Shown here piece after piece: positions 1 through 15,000 of a stretch of DNA of 64,000 nucleotides. This stretch comes from Eledone cirrhosa (taxonomy: Eukaryota), in the NCBI GenBank assembly GCA_964016885.1, contig OZ024740.1, forward strand, positions 436,294,001 to 436,358,000. The letters are read 5' to 3'. A program made the translations under genes and the position numbers. Each line of letters starts with the position of its first letter. The first letter of the stretch is position 1. Under the pieces are notes generated by a model. The model was not told the DNA's origin. It was given only the letters and a program-made list of their open reading frames with translations, and did no database searches.

Positions 1-3000
1 ATCTTTAAGGTAATGTCTGTAGTATATACATCGGTAAGGTAATGTCTGTAGTATATACATCTGTAAGGTAATGTCTGTAGTATATACATCTGTAAGGTAA
101 TGTCTGTAGTATATACATCTGTAAGATATTGTCTGTAGTATATACATCTGTAAGGTAATATCTGTAGTATATACATCTGTAAGGTAAGGTCTGTAGTATA
201 TACATCTGTAAGGTAATGTCTGTAGTATATACATCTTTAAGGCAATGTCTGTAGTATATACATCTGTAAGGTAATGTCTGTAGTATATACATCTGTAAGG
301 TAGTGTCTGTAGTATATACATCTGTAAGGTAATGTCTGTAGTATATACATCTGTAAGGTAATGTCTGTAGTATATACATCTGTAAGGTAATCTCTGTAGT
401 ATATATATCTGTAAGGTAATGTCTGTAGTATATACATCTGTAAGGTAGTGTCTGTAGTATATACACCTGTAAGATAATGTCTGTAGTATATACATCTGTA
501 AGGTAATGTCTCTAGTATATACATCTGTAAGGTAATGTCTGTAGTATATACATCTGTATGGTAATGTCTGTAGTATATACATCTGTAAGATAATGTCTGT
601 AGTATATACATCTGTAAGGTAATGTCTCAAGTATATACATCTGCAAGGTAATGTCTGTAGTATATACATCTGTATGGTAATGTCTGTAGTATATACATCT
701 GTGAGATAATGTCTGTAGTATATACATCTGTACGGTAATATCTGTAGTATATACATCTTTAAGATAATGTCTGTAGTATATACATCTGTAAGGTAATGTC
801 TGTAGTATATACATCTGTAAGGTAATGTCTGTAGTATATACATCTGTAAGGTAATGTCTGTAGTATATACATCTGTCTGATAATGTCTGTAGTATATACA
901 TCTGTAAGGCAATGTCTGTAGTATATACATCTGTAAGGTAATGTCTGTAGTATATACATCTGTCTGATAATGTCTGTAGTATATACATCTGTAAGGTAAT
1001 CTCTGTAGTATATATATCTGTAAGGTAATGTCTGTAGTATATACATCTGTAAGGTAGTGTCTGTAGTATATACACCTGTAAGATAATGTCTGTAGTATAT
1101 ACATCTGTAAGGTAATGTCTGTAGTATATACATCTGTAAGGTAATGTCTGTAGTATATACATCTGTAAGGTAATGTCTGTAGTATATACATCTGTCTGAT
1201 AATGTCTGTAGTATATACATCTGTAAGGCAATGTCTGTATTATATACATCTGTATGGTAATGTCTGTAGTATATACATCTTTAAGGTAATGTCTGTAATA
1301 TATACATCTGTAAGGTAATGTCTGTAGTATATACATCTGTAAGGTAATGTCTGTAGTATATACATCTGTAAGGTAATGTCTGTAGTATATACATCTGTAA
1401 GATATTGTCTGTAGTATATACATCTGTAAGGTAATATCTGTAGTATATACATCTGTAAGGTAAGGTCTGTAGTATATACATCTGTAAGGTAATGTCTGTA
1501 GTATATACATCTTTAAGGCAATGTCTGTAGTATATACATCTGTAAGGTAATGTCTGTAGTATATACATCTGTAAGGTAGTGTCTGTAGTATATACATCTG
1601 TAAGGTAATGTCTGTAGTATATACATCTGTAAGGTAATGTCTGTAGTATATACATCTGTAAGGTAATCTCTGTAGTATATATATCTGTAAGGTAATGTCT
1701 GTAGTATATACATCTGTAAGGTAGTGTCTGTAGTATATACACCTGTAAGATAATGTCTGTAGTATATACATCTGTAAGGTAATGTCTGTAGTATATACAT
1801 CTGTAAGGTAATGTCTGTAGTATATACATCTGTATGGTAATGTCTGTAGTATATACATCTTTAAGGTAATGTCTGTAGTATATACATCGGTAAGGTAATG
1901 TCTGTAGTATATACATCTGTAAGGTAATGTCTGTAGTATATACATCTGTAAGGTAATGTCTGTAGTATATACATCTGTAAGATATTGTCTGTAGTATATA
2001 CATCTGTAAGGTAATATCTGTAGTATATACATCTGTAAGGTAAGGTCTGTAGTATATACATCTGTAAGGTAATGTCTGTAGTATATACATCTTTAAGGCA
2101 ATGTCTGTAGTATGTACATCTGTAAGGTAATGTCTGTAGTATATACATCTGTATGGTAATGTCTGTAGTATATACATCTGTAAGATAATGTCTGTAGTAT
2201 ATACATCTGTAAGGTAATGTCTCTAGTATATACATCTGTAAGGTAATGTCTGTAGTATATACATCTGTATGGTAATGTCTGTAGTATATACATCTGTAAG
2301 ATAATGTCTGTAGTATATACATTTGTAAGGTAATGTCTCAAGTATATACATCTGCAAGGTAATGTCTGTAGTATATACATCTGTATGGTAATGTCTGTAG
2401 TATATACATCTGTGAGATAATGTCTGTAGTATATACATCTGTACGGTAATATCTGTAGTATATACATCTGTAAGATAATGTCTGTAGTATATACATCTGT
2501 AAGGTAATGTCTGTAGTATATACATCTGTCTGATAATGTCTGTAGTATATACATCTGTAAGGTAATGTCTGTATTATATACATCTGTATGGTAATGCCTG
2601 TAGTATATACATCTGTAAGGTAATGTCTGTAGTATATACATCTGTCTGATAATGTCTGTAGTATATACATCTGTAAGGTAATGTCTGTAGTATATACATC
2701 AGTAAGGTAATGTCTGTAGTATATACATCTGAATGGTAATGTCAGTAGTATATACATCTGTATGGTAATGTCTGTAGTATATATATCTGTATGGTAATGC
2801 CTGTAGTATATACATCTGTATGGTAATGTCTGTAGTATATACATCTGTAAGGTAATCTCTGTAGTATATACATCTGTAAGGTAATGTCTGTAGTATATAC
2901 ATCTGTAAGGAAATGTCTGTAGTATATACATCTGTATGGTAATGCCTGTAGTATATACATCTGTATGTTTATGTCTGTAGTATATACATCTGTAAAGTAA

Positions 3001-6000
3001 TGTCTGTAGTATATACATCTGTAAGGTAATGTCTGTAATATATACATCTATAAGGTAATGTCTGTAATATATACATTTGTAATGTAATGTCTGTAATATA
3101 TACATCTGTAAGATAATGTCTGTAGTATATACATCTGTAAGGTAATGTCTGTAGTATATACATCTGTATCGTAATGTCTGTAGTGTATACATATGTAAGG
3201 TAATATCTGTAATATATACATCTGTAAGGTAATATCTGTCGTATATACATCTGTATGTGAATGTCTGAAATATATACATCTGTAAGGTAATATCTGTAGT
3301 ATATACATCTGTATGGTAATGTCTGTAATATATACATCTGTAAGGTAATGTCTGTAATATATACATCTGTATGGTAATGTCTGTATTATATACATCTGTA
3401 AGGTAATGTCTGTAATATATACATCTGTATGGTAATGTCTGTAGTATATACATCTGTATGGTAATGCCTGTAGTATATACATCTGTATGTTTATGTCTGT
3501 AGTATATACATCTATAAGGTAATGTCTGTAATATATACATCTGTAAGGTAATGTCTGTAGTATATACATCTGCATGGTAATGTCTGTAATATATACATCT
3601 GTATGGGAATGTCTGTAGTATATACATCTGTAAGGTAATGTCTGTAGTATATACATCTGTAAGTTAATGTCTGTAGTATATACATCTGTAAGGTAATCTC
3701 TGTAGTATATACATCTGTAAGGTAATGTCTGTAGTATATACATCTGTAAGGTAATCTATGTAGTATATACATCTGTAAGGTACTATCTTTAGTATATACA
3801 TCTGTAAGGTAATGTCTGTAGTATATACATGTGTAAGGTAATGTCTGTAGTATATACATCTGTCTGATAATGTCTGTAGTATATAAATCTGTAAGGTAAT
3901 GTCTGTATTATATACATCTGTATGGTAATGTCTGTAGTATATACATCTGTAAGGTAATGTCTGTAGTATATACATCTGTAAGGTAATGTCTGTAGTATAT
4001 ACATCTGTAAGGTAATGTCTGTAGTATATACATCTGTCTGATAATGTCTGTAGTATATACATCTGTAAGGTAATGTCTGTATTATATACATCTGTATGGT
4101 AATGTCTGTAGTATATACATCTGTAAGGTAATGTTTGTAGTATATACATCGGTAAGGTAATGTCTGTAGTATATACATCTGTAAGGTAATGTCTGTAGTA
4201 TATACATCTGTCTGATAATGTCGGTAGTATATACATCTGTAAGATAATGTCTGTAGTATATACATCGGTAAGGTAATGTCTGTAGTATATGCATCTGTAA
4301 GGTAATGTCTGTAGTATATACATCTGTAAGGTAATGTCTGTAGTATATACATCTGTCTGATAATGTCTGTAGTATATACATCTGTAAGGTAATGTCTGTA
4401 TTATATACATCTGTATGGTAATGTCTGTAGTATATACATCTTTAAGGTAATGTCTGTAGTATATGCATCTGTAAGGTAATGTCTGTAGTATATGCATCTG
4501 TAAGGTAATATCTGTAGTATATACATCGGTAAGGTAATGTCTGTAGTATATACATCTGTAAGGTAATGTCTGTAGTATATACATCTGTAAGGTAATGTCT
4601 GTAGTATATGCATCTGTAAGGTAATGTCTGTAGTATATGCATCTGTAAGGTAATATCTGTAGTATATACATCGGTAAGGTAATGTCTCGAGCATATACAT
4701 CTGTAAGGTAATGTCTGTAGTATATACATCTTTAAGGTAATGTCTGTAGTATATGCATCTGTATGGTAATGTCTGTAATATATACATCTGTATGGTAATG
4801 TCTGTAGTATATACATCTGTAACGTAATGTCTGTAGTATATACATCTGAATGGTAATGTCTGTAGTATATACATCTGTATGGTAATGTCTGTAGTATATA
4901 CATCTATAAGATAATGTCTGTAGTATATACATCTATAAGGTAATGTCTGTAGTATATACATCTGTAAGATAATGTCAGTAGTTTATACATCTGTATGGTA
5001 ATGTCTGTAGTATATATATATCTGTATGGTAATGTCCGTAGTATATACATCTGTAAGATAATGTCTGTAGTATATACATCTGTAAGATAATGTCTGTAGT
5101 ATATACATCTGTATGGTAATGTCTGTAGTATATACATCTGTAAGATAATGTCTGTAGTATATACATCTGTAAGATAATATCTGTAGTATATACATCTGTA
5201 AGGTAATGTCTCTAGTATATATATCTGTAAGATAATGTCGGTAATATATACATCTGTAATGTAATGTCTGTAGTATATACATCTGTATGGTAATGTATGT
5301 AGTATATACACCTGTAAGGTAATATCTGTAGTATATACATCTGTAAGGTAATGTCTGTAGTATATACATCTGTAAGGTAATGTCTGTAGTATATACATCT
5401 GTAAGATAATGTCTGTAGTATATACATATGTAACATAATGTCTGTAATATATACATCTGTAAGGTAATATCTGTAGTATATACATCTGTATGGTAATGTT
5501 TGTAGTATATACATCTGTAAGGTAATATCTGTAGTATATACATCTGTAAGGTAATGTCTGTAGTATATACATGTGTAAGGTAATGTCTGTAGTATATACA
5601 TCTGTAAGGTAATGTCTGTAGTATATACATCTGTCTGATAATGTCTGTAGTATATACATCTGTAAGGTAATGTCTGTAGTATATACATCTGTAATGTAAT
5701 GTCCGTAGTATATACATCTGTAAGGTAATCTCTGTAGTATATATATCTGTAAGGTAATGTCTGTAGTATATACATCTGTAAGGTAGTGTCTGTAGTATAT
5801 ACACCTGTAAGGTAATGTCTGTAGTATATACATCTGTAAGGTAATGTCTGTAGTATATACATCTGTAAGGTAATGTCTGTAGTATATACATCTGTAAGGT
5901 AATGTCTGTAGTATATACATCTGTCTGATAATGTCTGTAGTATATACATCTGTAAGGTAATGTCTGTATTATATACATCTGTATGGTAATGTATGTAGTA

Positions 6001-9000
6001 TATACACCTGTAAGGTAATATCTGTAGTATATACATCTGTAAGGTAATGTCTGTAGTATATACATCTGTAAGATAATGTCTGTAGTATATACATCTGTAA
6101 CATAATGTCTGTAATATATACATCTGTAAGGTAATATCTGTAGTATATACATCTGTATGGTAATGTCTGTAGTATATACATCTGTATGGTAATTTCTGTA
6201 GTATATACATCTGTAAGGAAATGTCTGTAGTATATACATCTGTATGGTAATGTCTGTAGTATATACATCTGTAAGATAATGTCTGTAGTATAAACATCTG
6301 TAAGGTAATATCTGTAGTATATACATCTGTAAGGTAATGTCTGTAGTATATACATCTGTAAGGTACTATCTGTAGTATGTACATCTGTAAGGTAATGTCT
6401 GTAGTATATACATGTGTAAGGTAATGTCTGTAGTATATGCATCTGTAAGGTAATGTCTGTAGTATATACATCTGTAAGGTAATGTCTGTAGTATATACAT
6501 CTGTCTGATAATGTCTGTAGTATATACATCTGTAAGGCAATGTCTGTATTATATACATCTGTATGGTAATGTCTGTAGTATATACATCTTTAAGGTAATG
6601 TCTGTAGTATATACATCGGTAAGGTAATGTCTGTAGTATATACATCTGTAAGGTAATGTCTGTAGTATATACATCTGTAAGGTAATGTCTGTAGTATATA
6701 CATCTGTAAGATATTGTCTGTAGTATATACATCTGTAAGGTAATATCTGTAGTATATACAGCTGTAAGGTAAGGTCTGTAGTATATACATCTGTAACGTA
6801 ATGTCTGTAGTATATACATCTTTAAGGCAATGTCTGTAGTATATACATCTGTAAGGTAATGTCTGTAGTATATACATCTGTAAGGTAGTGTCTGTAGTAT
6901 ATACATCTGTAAGGTAATGTCTGTAGTATATACATCTGTAAGGTAATGTCTGTAGTATATACATCTGTAAGGTAATCTCTGTAGTATATATATCTGTAAG
7001 GTAATGTCTGTAGTATATACATCTGTAAGGTAGTGTCTGTAGTATATACACCTGTAGGATAATGTCTGTAGTATATACATCTGTAAGGTAATGTCTGTAG
7101 TATATACATCTGTAAGGTAATGTCTGTAGTATATACATCTGTAAGGTAATGTCTGTAGTATATACATCTGTCTGATAATGTCTGTAGTATATACATCTGT
7201 AAGGTAATGTCTGTATTATATACATCTGTATGGTAATGTATGTAGTATATACACCTGTAAGGTAATATCTGTAGTATATACATCTGTAAGGTAATGTCTG
7301 TAGCATATACATCTGTAAGATAATGTCTGTAGTATATACATCTGTAACATAATGTCTGTAATATATACATCTGTAAGGTAATATCTGTAGTATATACATC
7401 TGTATGGTAATGTCTGTAGTATATACATCTGTATGGTAATTTCTGTAGTATATACATCTGTAAGCAAATGTCTGTAGTAGATACATCTGTAAGGTAATGT
7501 CTGTCATATATACATCTGGATGATAATGTCTGTAGTATATACATCTGTAAGGTAATGTCTGTAATATATACATCTGTATGGTAATATCTGTAGTATATAC
7601 ATCTGAATGATAATGTCTGTAGTATATACATCTGTAAGGTAATGTCTGTAGTATATACATCTGTATGGTAATGTCTGTAGTATATACATCTGTAAGGTAA
7701 TCTCTGTAGTATATACATCTGTAAGGTAATGTCTGTAGTATATACATCTGTAAGGAAATGTCTGTAGTATATACATCTGTATGGTAATGCCTGTAGTATA
7801 TACATCTGTATGTTTATGTCTGTAGTATATACATCTGTAAAGTAATGTCTGTAGTATATACATCTGTAAGGTAATGTCTGTAGTATATACATCTGTAAGG
7901 TAATATCTGTAGTATATACATCTGTATGGTAATGTCTGTAGTATATGCATCTGTAAGGTAATGTCTGTAATATATACATCTGTAAGATAATGTCTGTAGT
8001 ATATACATCTGTAAGGTAATGTCTGTAGTATATACATCTGTAAGGTAATGTCTGTAATATATACATCTGTATCGTAATGTCTGTAGTGTATACATATGTA
8101 AGGTAATATCTGTAATATATACATCTGTAAGGTAATATCTGTCGTATATACATCTGTATGGGAATGTCTGAAATATATACATCTGTAAGGTAATATCTGT
8201 AGTATATACATCTGTATGGTAATGTCTGTAATATATACATCTGTAAGGTAATGTCTGTAATATATACATCTGTATGGTAATGTCTGTAGTATATACATCT
8301 GTATGGTAATGCCTGTAGTATATACATCTGTATGTTTATGTCTGTAGTATATACATCTATAAGGTAATGTCTGTAATATATACATCTGTAAGGTAATGTC
8401 TGTAGTATATACATCTGCATGGTAATGTCTGTAATATATACATCTGTATGGGAATGTCTGTAGTATATACATCTGTAAGGTAATGTCTGTAGTATATACA
8501 TCTGTAAGTTAATGTCTGTAGTATATACATCTGTAAGGTAATCTCTGTAGTATATACATCTGTAAGGTAATGTCTGTAGTATATACATCTGTAAGGTAAT
8601 CTCTGTAGTATATACATCTGTAAGGTAATGTCTGTAGTATATACATCTGTAAGGTACTATCTGTAGTATATACATCTGTAAGGTAATGTCTGTAGTATAT
8701 ACATGTGTAAGGTAATGTCTGTAGTATATACATCTGTCTGATAATGTCTGTAGTATATACATCTGTAAGGTAATGTCTGTATTATATACATCTGTATGGT
8801 AATGTCTGTAGTATATACATCTGTAAGGTAATGTCTGTAGTATATACATCTGTAAGGTAATGTCTGTAGTATATACATCTGTAAGGTAATGTCTGTAGTA
8901 TATACATCTGTCTGATAATGTCTGTAGTATATACATCTGTAAGGTAATGTCTGTATTATATACATCTGTATGGTAATGTCTGTAGTATATACATCTGTAA

Positions 9001-12000
9001 GGTAATGTTTGTAGTATATACATCTGTAAGGTAATGTATGTAGTATATACACCTGTAAGGTAATGTCTGTAGTATATACATCTGTATGGTAATGTCTGTA
9101 GTATATACATCGGTAAGGTAATGTCTGTAGTATATACATCTGTAAGGTAATGTCTGTAGTATATACATCTGTCTGATAATGTCGGTAGTATATACATCTG
9201 TAAGATAATGTCTGTAGTATATACATCGGTAAGGTAATGTCTGTAGTATATGCATCTGTAAGGTAATGTCTGTAGTATATACATCTGTAAGGTAATGTCT
9301 GTAGTATATACATCTGTCTGATAATGTCTGTAGTATATACATCTGTAAGGTAATGTCTGTATTATATACATCTGTATGGTAATGTCTGTAGTATTTACAT
9401 CTTTAAGGTAATGTCTGTAGTATATGCATCTGTAAGGTAATGTCTGTAGTATATGCATCTGTAAGGTAATATCTGTAGTATATACATCGGTAAGGTAATG
9501 TCTGTAGTATATACATCGGTAAGGTAATGTCTGTAGTATATACATCTGTAAGTTAATGTCTCTAGTATATACATCTTTAAGGTAATGTCTGTAGTATATG
9601 CATCTGTATGGTAATGTCTGTAATATATACATCTGTATGGTAATGTCTGTAGTATATACATCTGTAACGTAATGTCTGTAGTATATACATCTGAATGGTA
9701 ATGTCTGTAGTATATACATCTGTATGGTAATGTCTGTAGTATATACATCTATAAGATAATGTCTGTAGTATATACATCTGTAAGGTAATGTCTGTAGTAT
9801 ATACATCTGTAAGATAATGTCAGTAGTATATACATCTGTATGGTAATGTCTGTAGTATATATATATCTGTATGGTAATGTCTGTAGTATATACATCTGTA
9901 AGATAATGTCTGTAGTATATACATCTGTAAGATAATGTCTGTAGTATATACATCTGTATGGTAATGTCTGTAGTATATACATCTGTAAGATAATGTCTGT
10001 AGTATATACATCTGTAAGATAATATCTGTAGTATATACATCTGTAAGGTAATGTCTCTAGTATATATATCTGTAAGATAATGTCGGTAATATATACATCT
10101 GTAATGTAATGTCTGTAGTATATACATCTGTATGGTAATGTATGTAGTATATACACCTGTAAGGTAATATCTGTAGTATATACATCTGTAAGGTAATGTC
10201 TGTAGTATATACATCTGTAAGGTAATGTCTGTAGTATATACATCTGTAAGATAATGTCTGTAGTATATACATCTGTAACATAATGTCTGTAATATATACA
10301 TCTGTAAGGTAATATCTGTAGTATATACATCTGTATGGTAATGTTTGTAGTATATACATCTGTATGGTAATTTCTGTAGTATATACATCTGTAAGGAAAT
10401 GTCTGTAGTAGATACATCTGTAAGGTAATGTCTGTCATATATACATCTGGATGATAATGTCTGTAGTATATACATCTGTAAGGTAATGTCTGTAATATAT
10501 ACATTTATATGGTAATATCTGTAGTATATACATCTGAATGATAATGTCTGTAGTATATACATCTGTAAGGTAATGTCTGTAGTATATACATCTGTAAGGT
10601 AATGTCTGTAGTATATACATCTGTCTGATAATGTCTGTAGTATATACATCTGTAAGGTAATGTCTGTATTATATACATCTGTATGGTAATGTCTGTAGTA
10701 TTTACATCTTTAAGGTAATGTCTGTAGTATATGCATCTGTAAGGTAATGTCTGTAGTATATGCATCTGTAAGGTAATATCTGTAGTATATACATCGGTAA
10801 GGTAATGTCTGTAGTATATACATCGGTAAGGTAATGTCTGTAGTATATACATCTGTAAGTTAATGTCTCTAGTATATACATCTTTAAGGTAATGTCTGTA
10901 GTATATGCATCTGTATGGTAATGTCTGTAATATATACATCTGTATGGTAATGTCTGTAGTATATACATCTGTAACGTAATGTCTGTAGTATATACATCTG
11001 AATGGTAATGTCTGTAGTATATACATCTGTATGGTAATGTCTGTAGTATATACATCTATAAGATAATGTCTGTAGTATATACATCTGTAAGGTAATGTCT
11101 GTAGTATATACATCTGTAAGATAATGTCAGTAGTATATACATCTGTATGGTAATGTCTGTAGTATATATATATCTGTATGGTAATGTCTGTAGTATATAC
11201 ATCTGTAAGATAATGTCTGTAGTATATACATCTGTAAGATAATGTCTGTAGTATATACATCTGTATGGTAATGTCTGTAGTATATACATCTGTAAGATAA
11301 TGTCTGTAGTATATACATCTGTAAGATAATATCTGTAGTATATACATCTGTAAGGTAATGTCTCTAGTATATATATCTGTAAGATAATGTCGGTAATATA
11401 TACATCTGTAATGTAATGTCTGTAGTATATACATCTGTATGGTAATGTATGTAGTATATACACCTGTAAGGTAATATCTGTAGTATATACATCTGTAAGG
11501 TAATGTCTGTAGTATATACATCTGTAAGGTAATGTCTGTAGTATATACATCTGTAAGATAATGTCTGTAGTATATACATCTGTAACATAATGTCTGTAAT
11601 ATATACATCTGTAAGGTAATATCTGTAGTATATACATCTGTATGGTAATGTTTGTAGTATATACATCTGTATGGTAATTTCTGTAGTATATACATCTGTA
11701 AGGAAATGTCTGTAGTAGATACATCTGTAAGGTAATGTCTGTCATATATACATCTGGATGATAATGTCTGTAGTATATACATCTGTAAGGTAATGTCTGT
11801 AATATATACATTTATATGGTAATATCTGTAGTATATACATCTGAATGATAATGTCTGTAGTATATACATCTGTAAGGTAATGTCTGTAGTATATACATCT
11901 GGATGATAATATCTGTAGTATATACATTTGTAAGGTAATGTTTGTAGTATATACATCTGTAAGGTAATGTCTGTAGTATATACATCTGTAAGATAATGTC

Positions 12001-15000
12001 TGTAATATATACATCTGTATGGCAATGTCTGTATTATATACATCCGTAAGATAATGTCTGTAGTATATACATCTGTAAGGTAATGTCTGTAGTATATACA
12101 TCTGTACGGTAATGTCTGTAGTATATACATCTGTAAGGTAATGTCTGTAATATATACATCTTTAAAGTAATGTCTGTAGTATATACATCTGTATGGTAAT
12201 GTCTGTAGTATATACATCTGTAAGGTAATGTCTGTAGTATATACATCTGTAAAGTAATATCTGTAGTATATACATCTGTATGGTAATGTCTGTAGTATAT
12301 ACATCTGTAAGGTAATGTCTGTAATATATACATCTGTATGGTAATATCTGTAGTATATACATCTGGATGATAATCTCTGTAGTATATACATCTGTAAGGT
12401 AATATCTGAATTATATACATCTGTAAGATAGCGTCTGTAATATATTCATCTGTAAGGTAATGTCTGTAGTATATACTTCTGCATGGTAATGTCTGTAATA
12501 TATACATCTGTATGGTAATGTCTGTAGTATATACATCTGTAAGGTAATGTCTGTATTATATACATCTGTATGGTAATGTCTGTAGTATATACATCTGTCT
12601 GATAATGTCTGTAGTATATACATCTGTAAGGTAATGTCTGTATTATATACATCTGTATGGTAATGTCTGTAGTATATACATCTGTAAGGTAATGTCTGTA
12701 GTATATACATCTGTAAGGTAATGTCTATAGTATATACATCTGTATGGTAATGTCTGTAGTATATACATCTGTAAGGTAATGTCTGTAGTATATACATCTG
12801 TAAGGTAATGTCTGTAGTATATACATCTGTAAGGTAATGTCTGTAGTATATACATCTGTATGGTAATGTCTGTAGTATATACATCTGTAAGGTAATCTCT
12901 GTAGTATATACATCTGTAAGGTAATGTCTGTAGTATATACATCTGTAAGGAAATGTCTGTAGTATATACATCTGTATGGTAATGCCTGTAGTATATACAT
13001 CTGTATGTTTATGTCTGTAGTATATACATCTGTAAAGTAATGTCTGTAGTATATACATCTGTAAGGTAATGTCTGTAGTATATACATCTGTAAGGTAATA
13101 TCTGTAGTATATACATCTGTATGGTAATGTCTGTAGTATATGCATCTGTAAGGTAATGTCTGTAATATATACATCTGTAAGATAATGTCTGTAGTATATA
13201 CATCTGTAAGGTAATGTCTGTAGTATATACATCTGTAAGGTAATGTCTGTAATATATACATCTGTATCGTAATGTCTGTAGTGTATACATATGTAAGGTA
13301 ATATCTGTAATATATACATCTGTAAGGTAATATCTGTCGTATATACATCTGTATGGGAATGTCTGAAATATATACATCTGTAAGGTAATATCTGTAGTAT
13401 ATACATCTGTATGGTAATGTCTGTAATATATACATCTGTAAGGTAATGTCTGTAATATATACATCTGTATGGTAATGTCTGTAGTATATACATCTGTATG
13501 GTAATGCCTGTAGTATATACATCTGTATGTTTATGTCTGTAGTATATACATCTATAAGGTAATGTCTGTAATATATACATCTGTAAGGTAATGTCTGTAG
13601 TATATACATCTGCATGGTAATGTCTGTAATATATACATCTGTATGGGAATGTCTGTAGTATATACATCTGTAAGGTAATGTCTGTAGTATATACATCTGT
13701 AAGTTAATGTCTGTAGTATATACATCTGTAAGGTAATCTCTGTAGTATATACATCTGTAAGGTAATGTCTGTAGTATATACATCTGTAAGGTAATCTCTG
13801 TAGTATATACATCTGTAAGGTAATGTCTGTAGTATATACATCTGTAAGGTACTATCTGTAGTATATACATCTGTAAGGTAATGTCTGTAGTATATACATG
13901 TGTAAGGTAATGTCTGTAGTATATACATCTGTCTGATAATGTCTGTAGTATATACATCTGTAAGGTAATGTCTGTATTATATACATCTGTATGGTAATGT
14001 CTGTAGTATATACATCTGTAAGGTAATGTCTGTAGTATATACATCTGTAAGGTAATGTCTGTAGTATATACATCTGTAAGGTAATGTCTGTAGTATATAC
14101 ATCTGTCTGATAATGTCTGTAGTATATACATCTGTAAGGTAATGTCTGTATTATATACATCTGTATGGTAATGTCTGTAGTATATACATCTGTAAGGTAA
14201 TGTTTGTAGTATATACATCTGTAAGGTAATGTATGTAGTATATACACCTGTAAGGTAATGTCTGTAGTATATACATCTGTATGGTAATGTCTGTAGTATA
14301 TACATCGGTAAGGTAATGTCTGTAGTATATACATCTGTAAGGTAATGTCTGTAGTATATACATCTGTCTGATAATGTCGGTAGTATATACATCTGTAAGA
14401 TAATGTCTGTAGTATATACATCGGTAAGGTAATGTCTGTAGTATATGCATCTGTAAGGTAATGTCTGTAGTATATACATCTGTAAGGTAATGTCTGTAGT
14501 ATATACATCTGTCTGATAATGTCTGTAGTATATACATCTGTAAGGTAATGTCTGTATTATATACATCTGTATGGTAATGTCTGTAGTATTTACATCTTTA
14601 AGGTAATGTCTGTAGTATATGCATCTGTAAGGTAATGTCTGTAGTATATGCATCTGTAAGGTAATATCTGTAGTATATACATCGGTAAGGTAATGTCTGT
14701 AGTATATACATCGGTAAGGTAATGTCTGTAGTATATACATCTGTAAGTTAATGTCTCTAGTATATACATCTTTAAGGTAATGTCTGTAGTATATGCATCT
14801 GTATGGTAATGTCTGTAATATATACATCTGTATGGTAATGTCTGTAGTATATACATCTGTAACGTAATGTCTGTAGTATATACATCTGAATGGTAATGTC
14901 TGTAGTATATACATCTGTATGGTAATGTCTGTAGTATATACATCTATAAGATAATGTCTGTAGTATATACATCTGTAAGGTAATGTCTGTAGTATATACA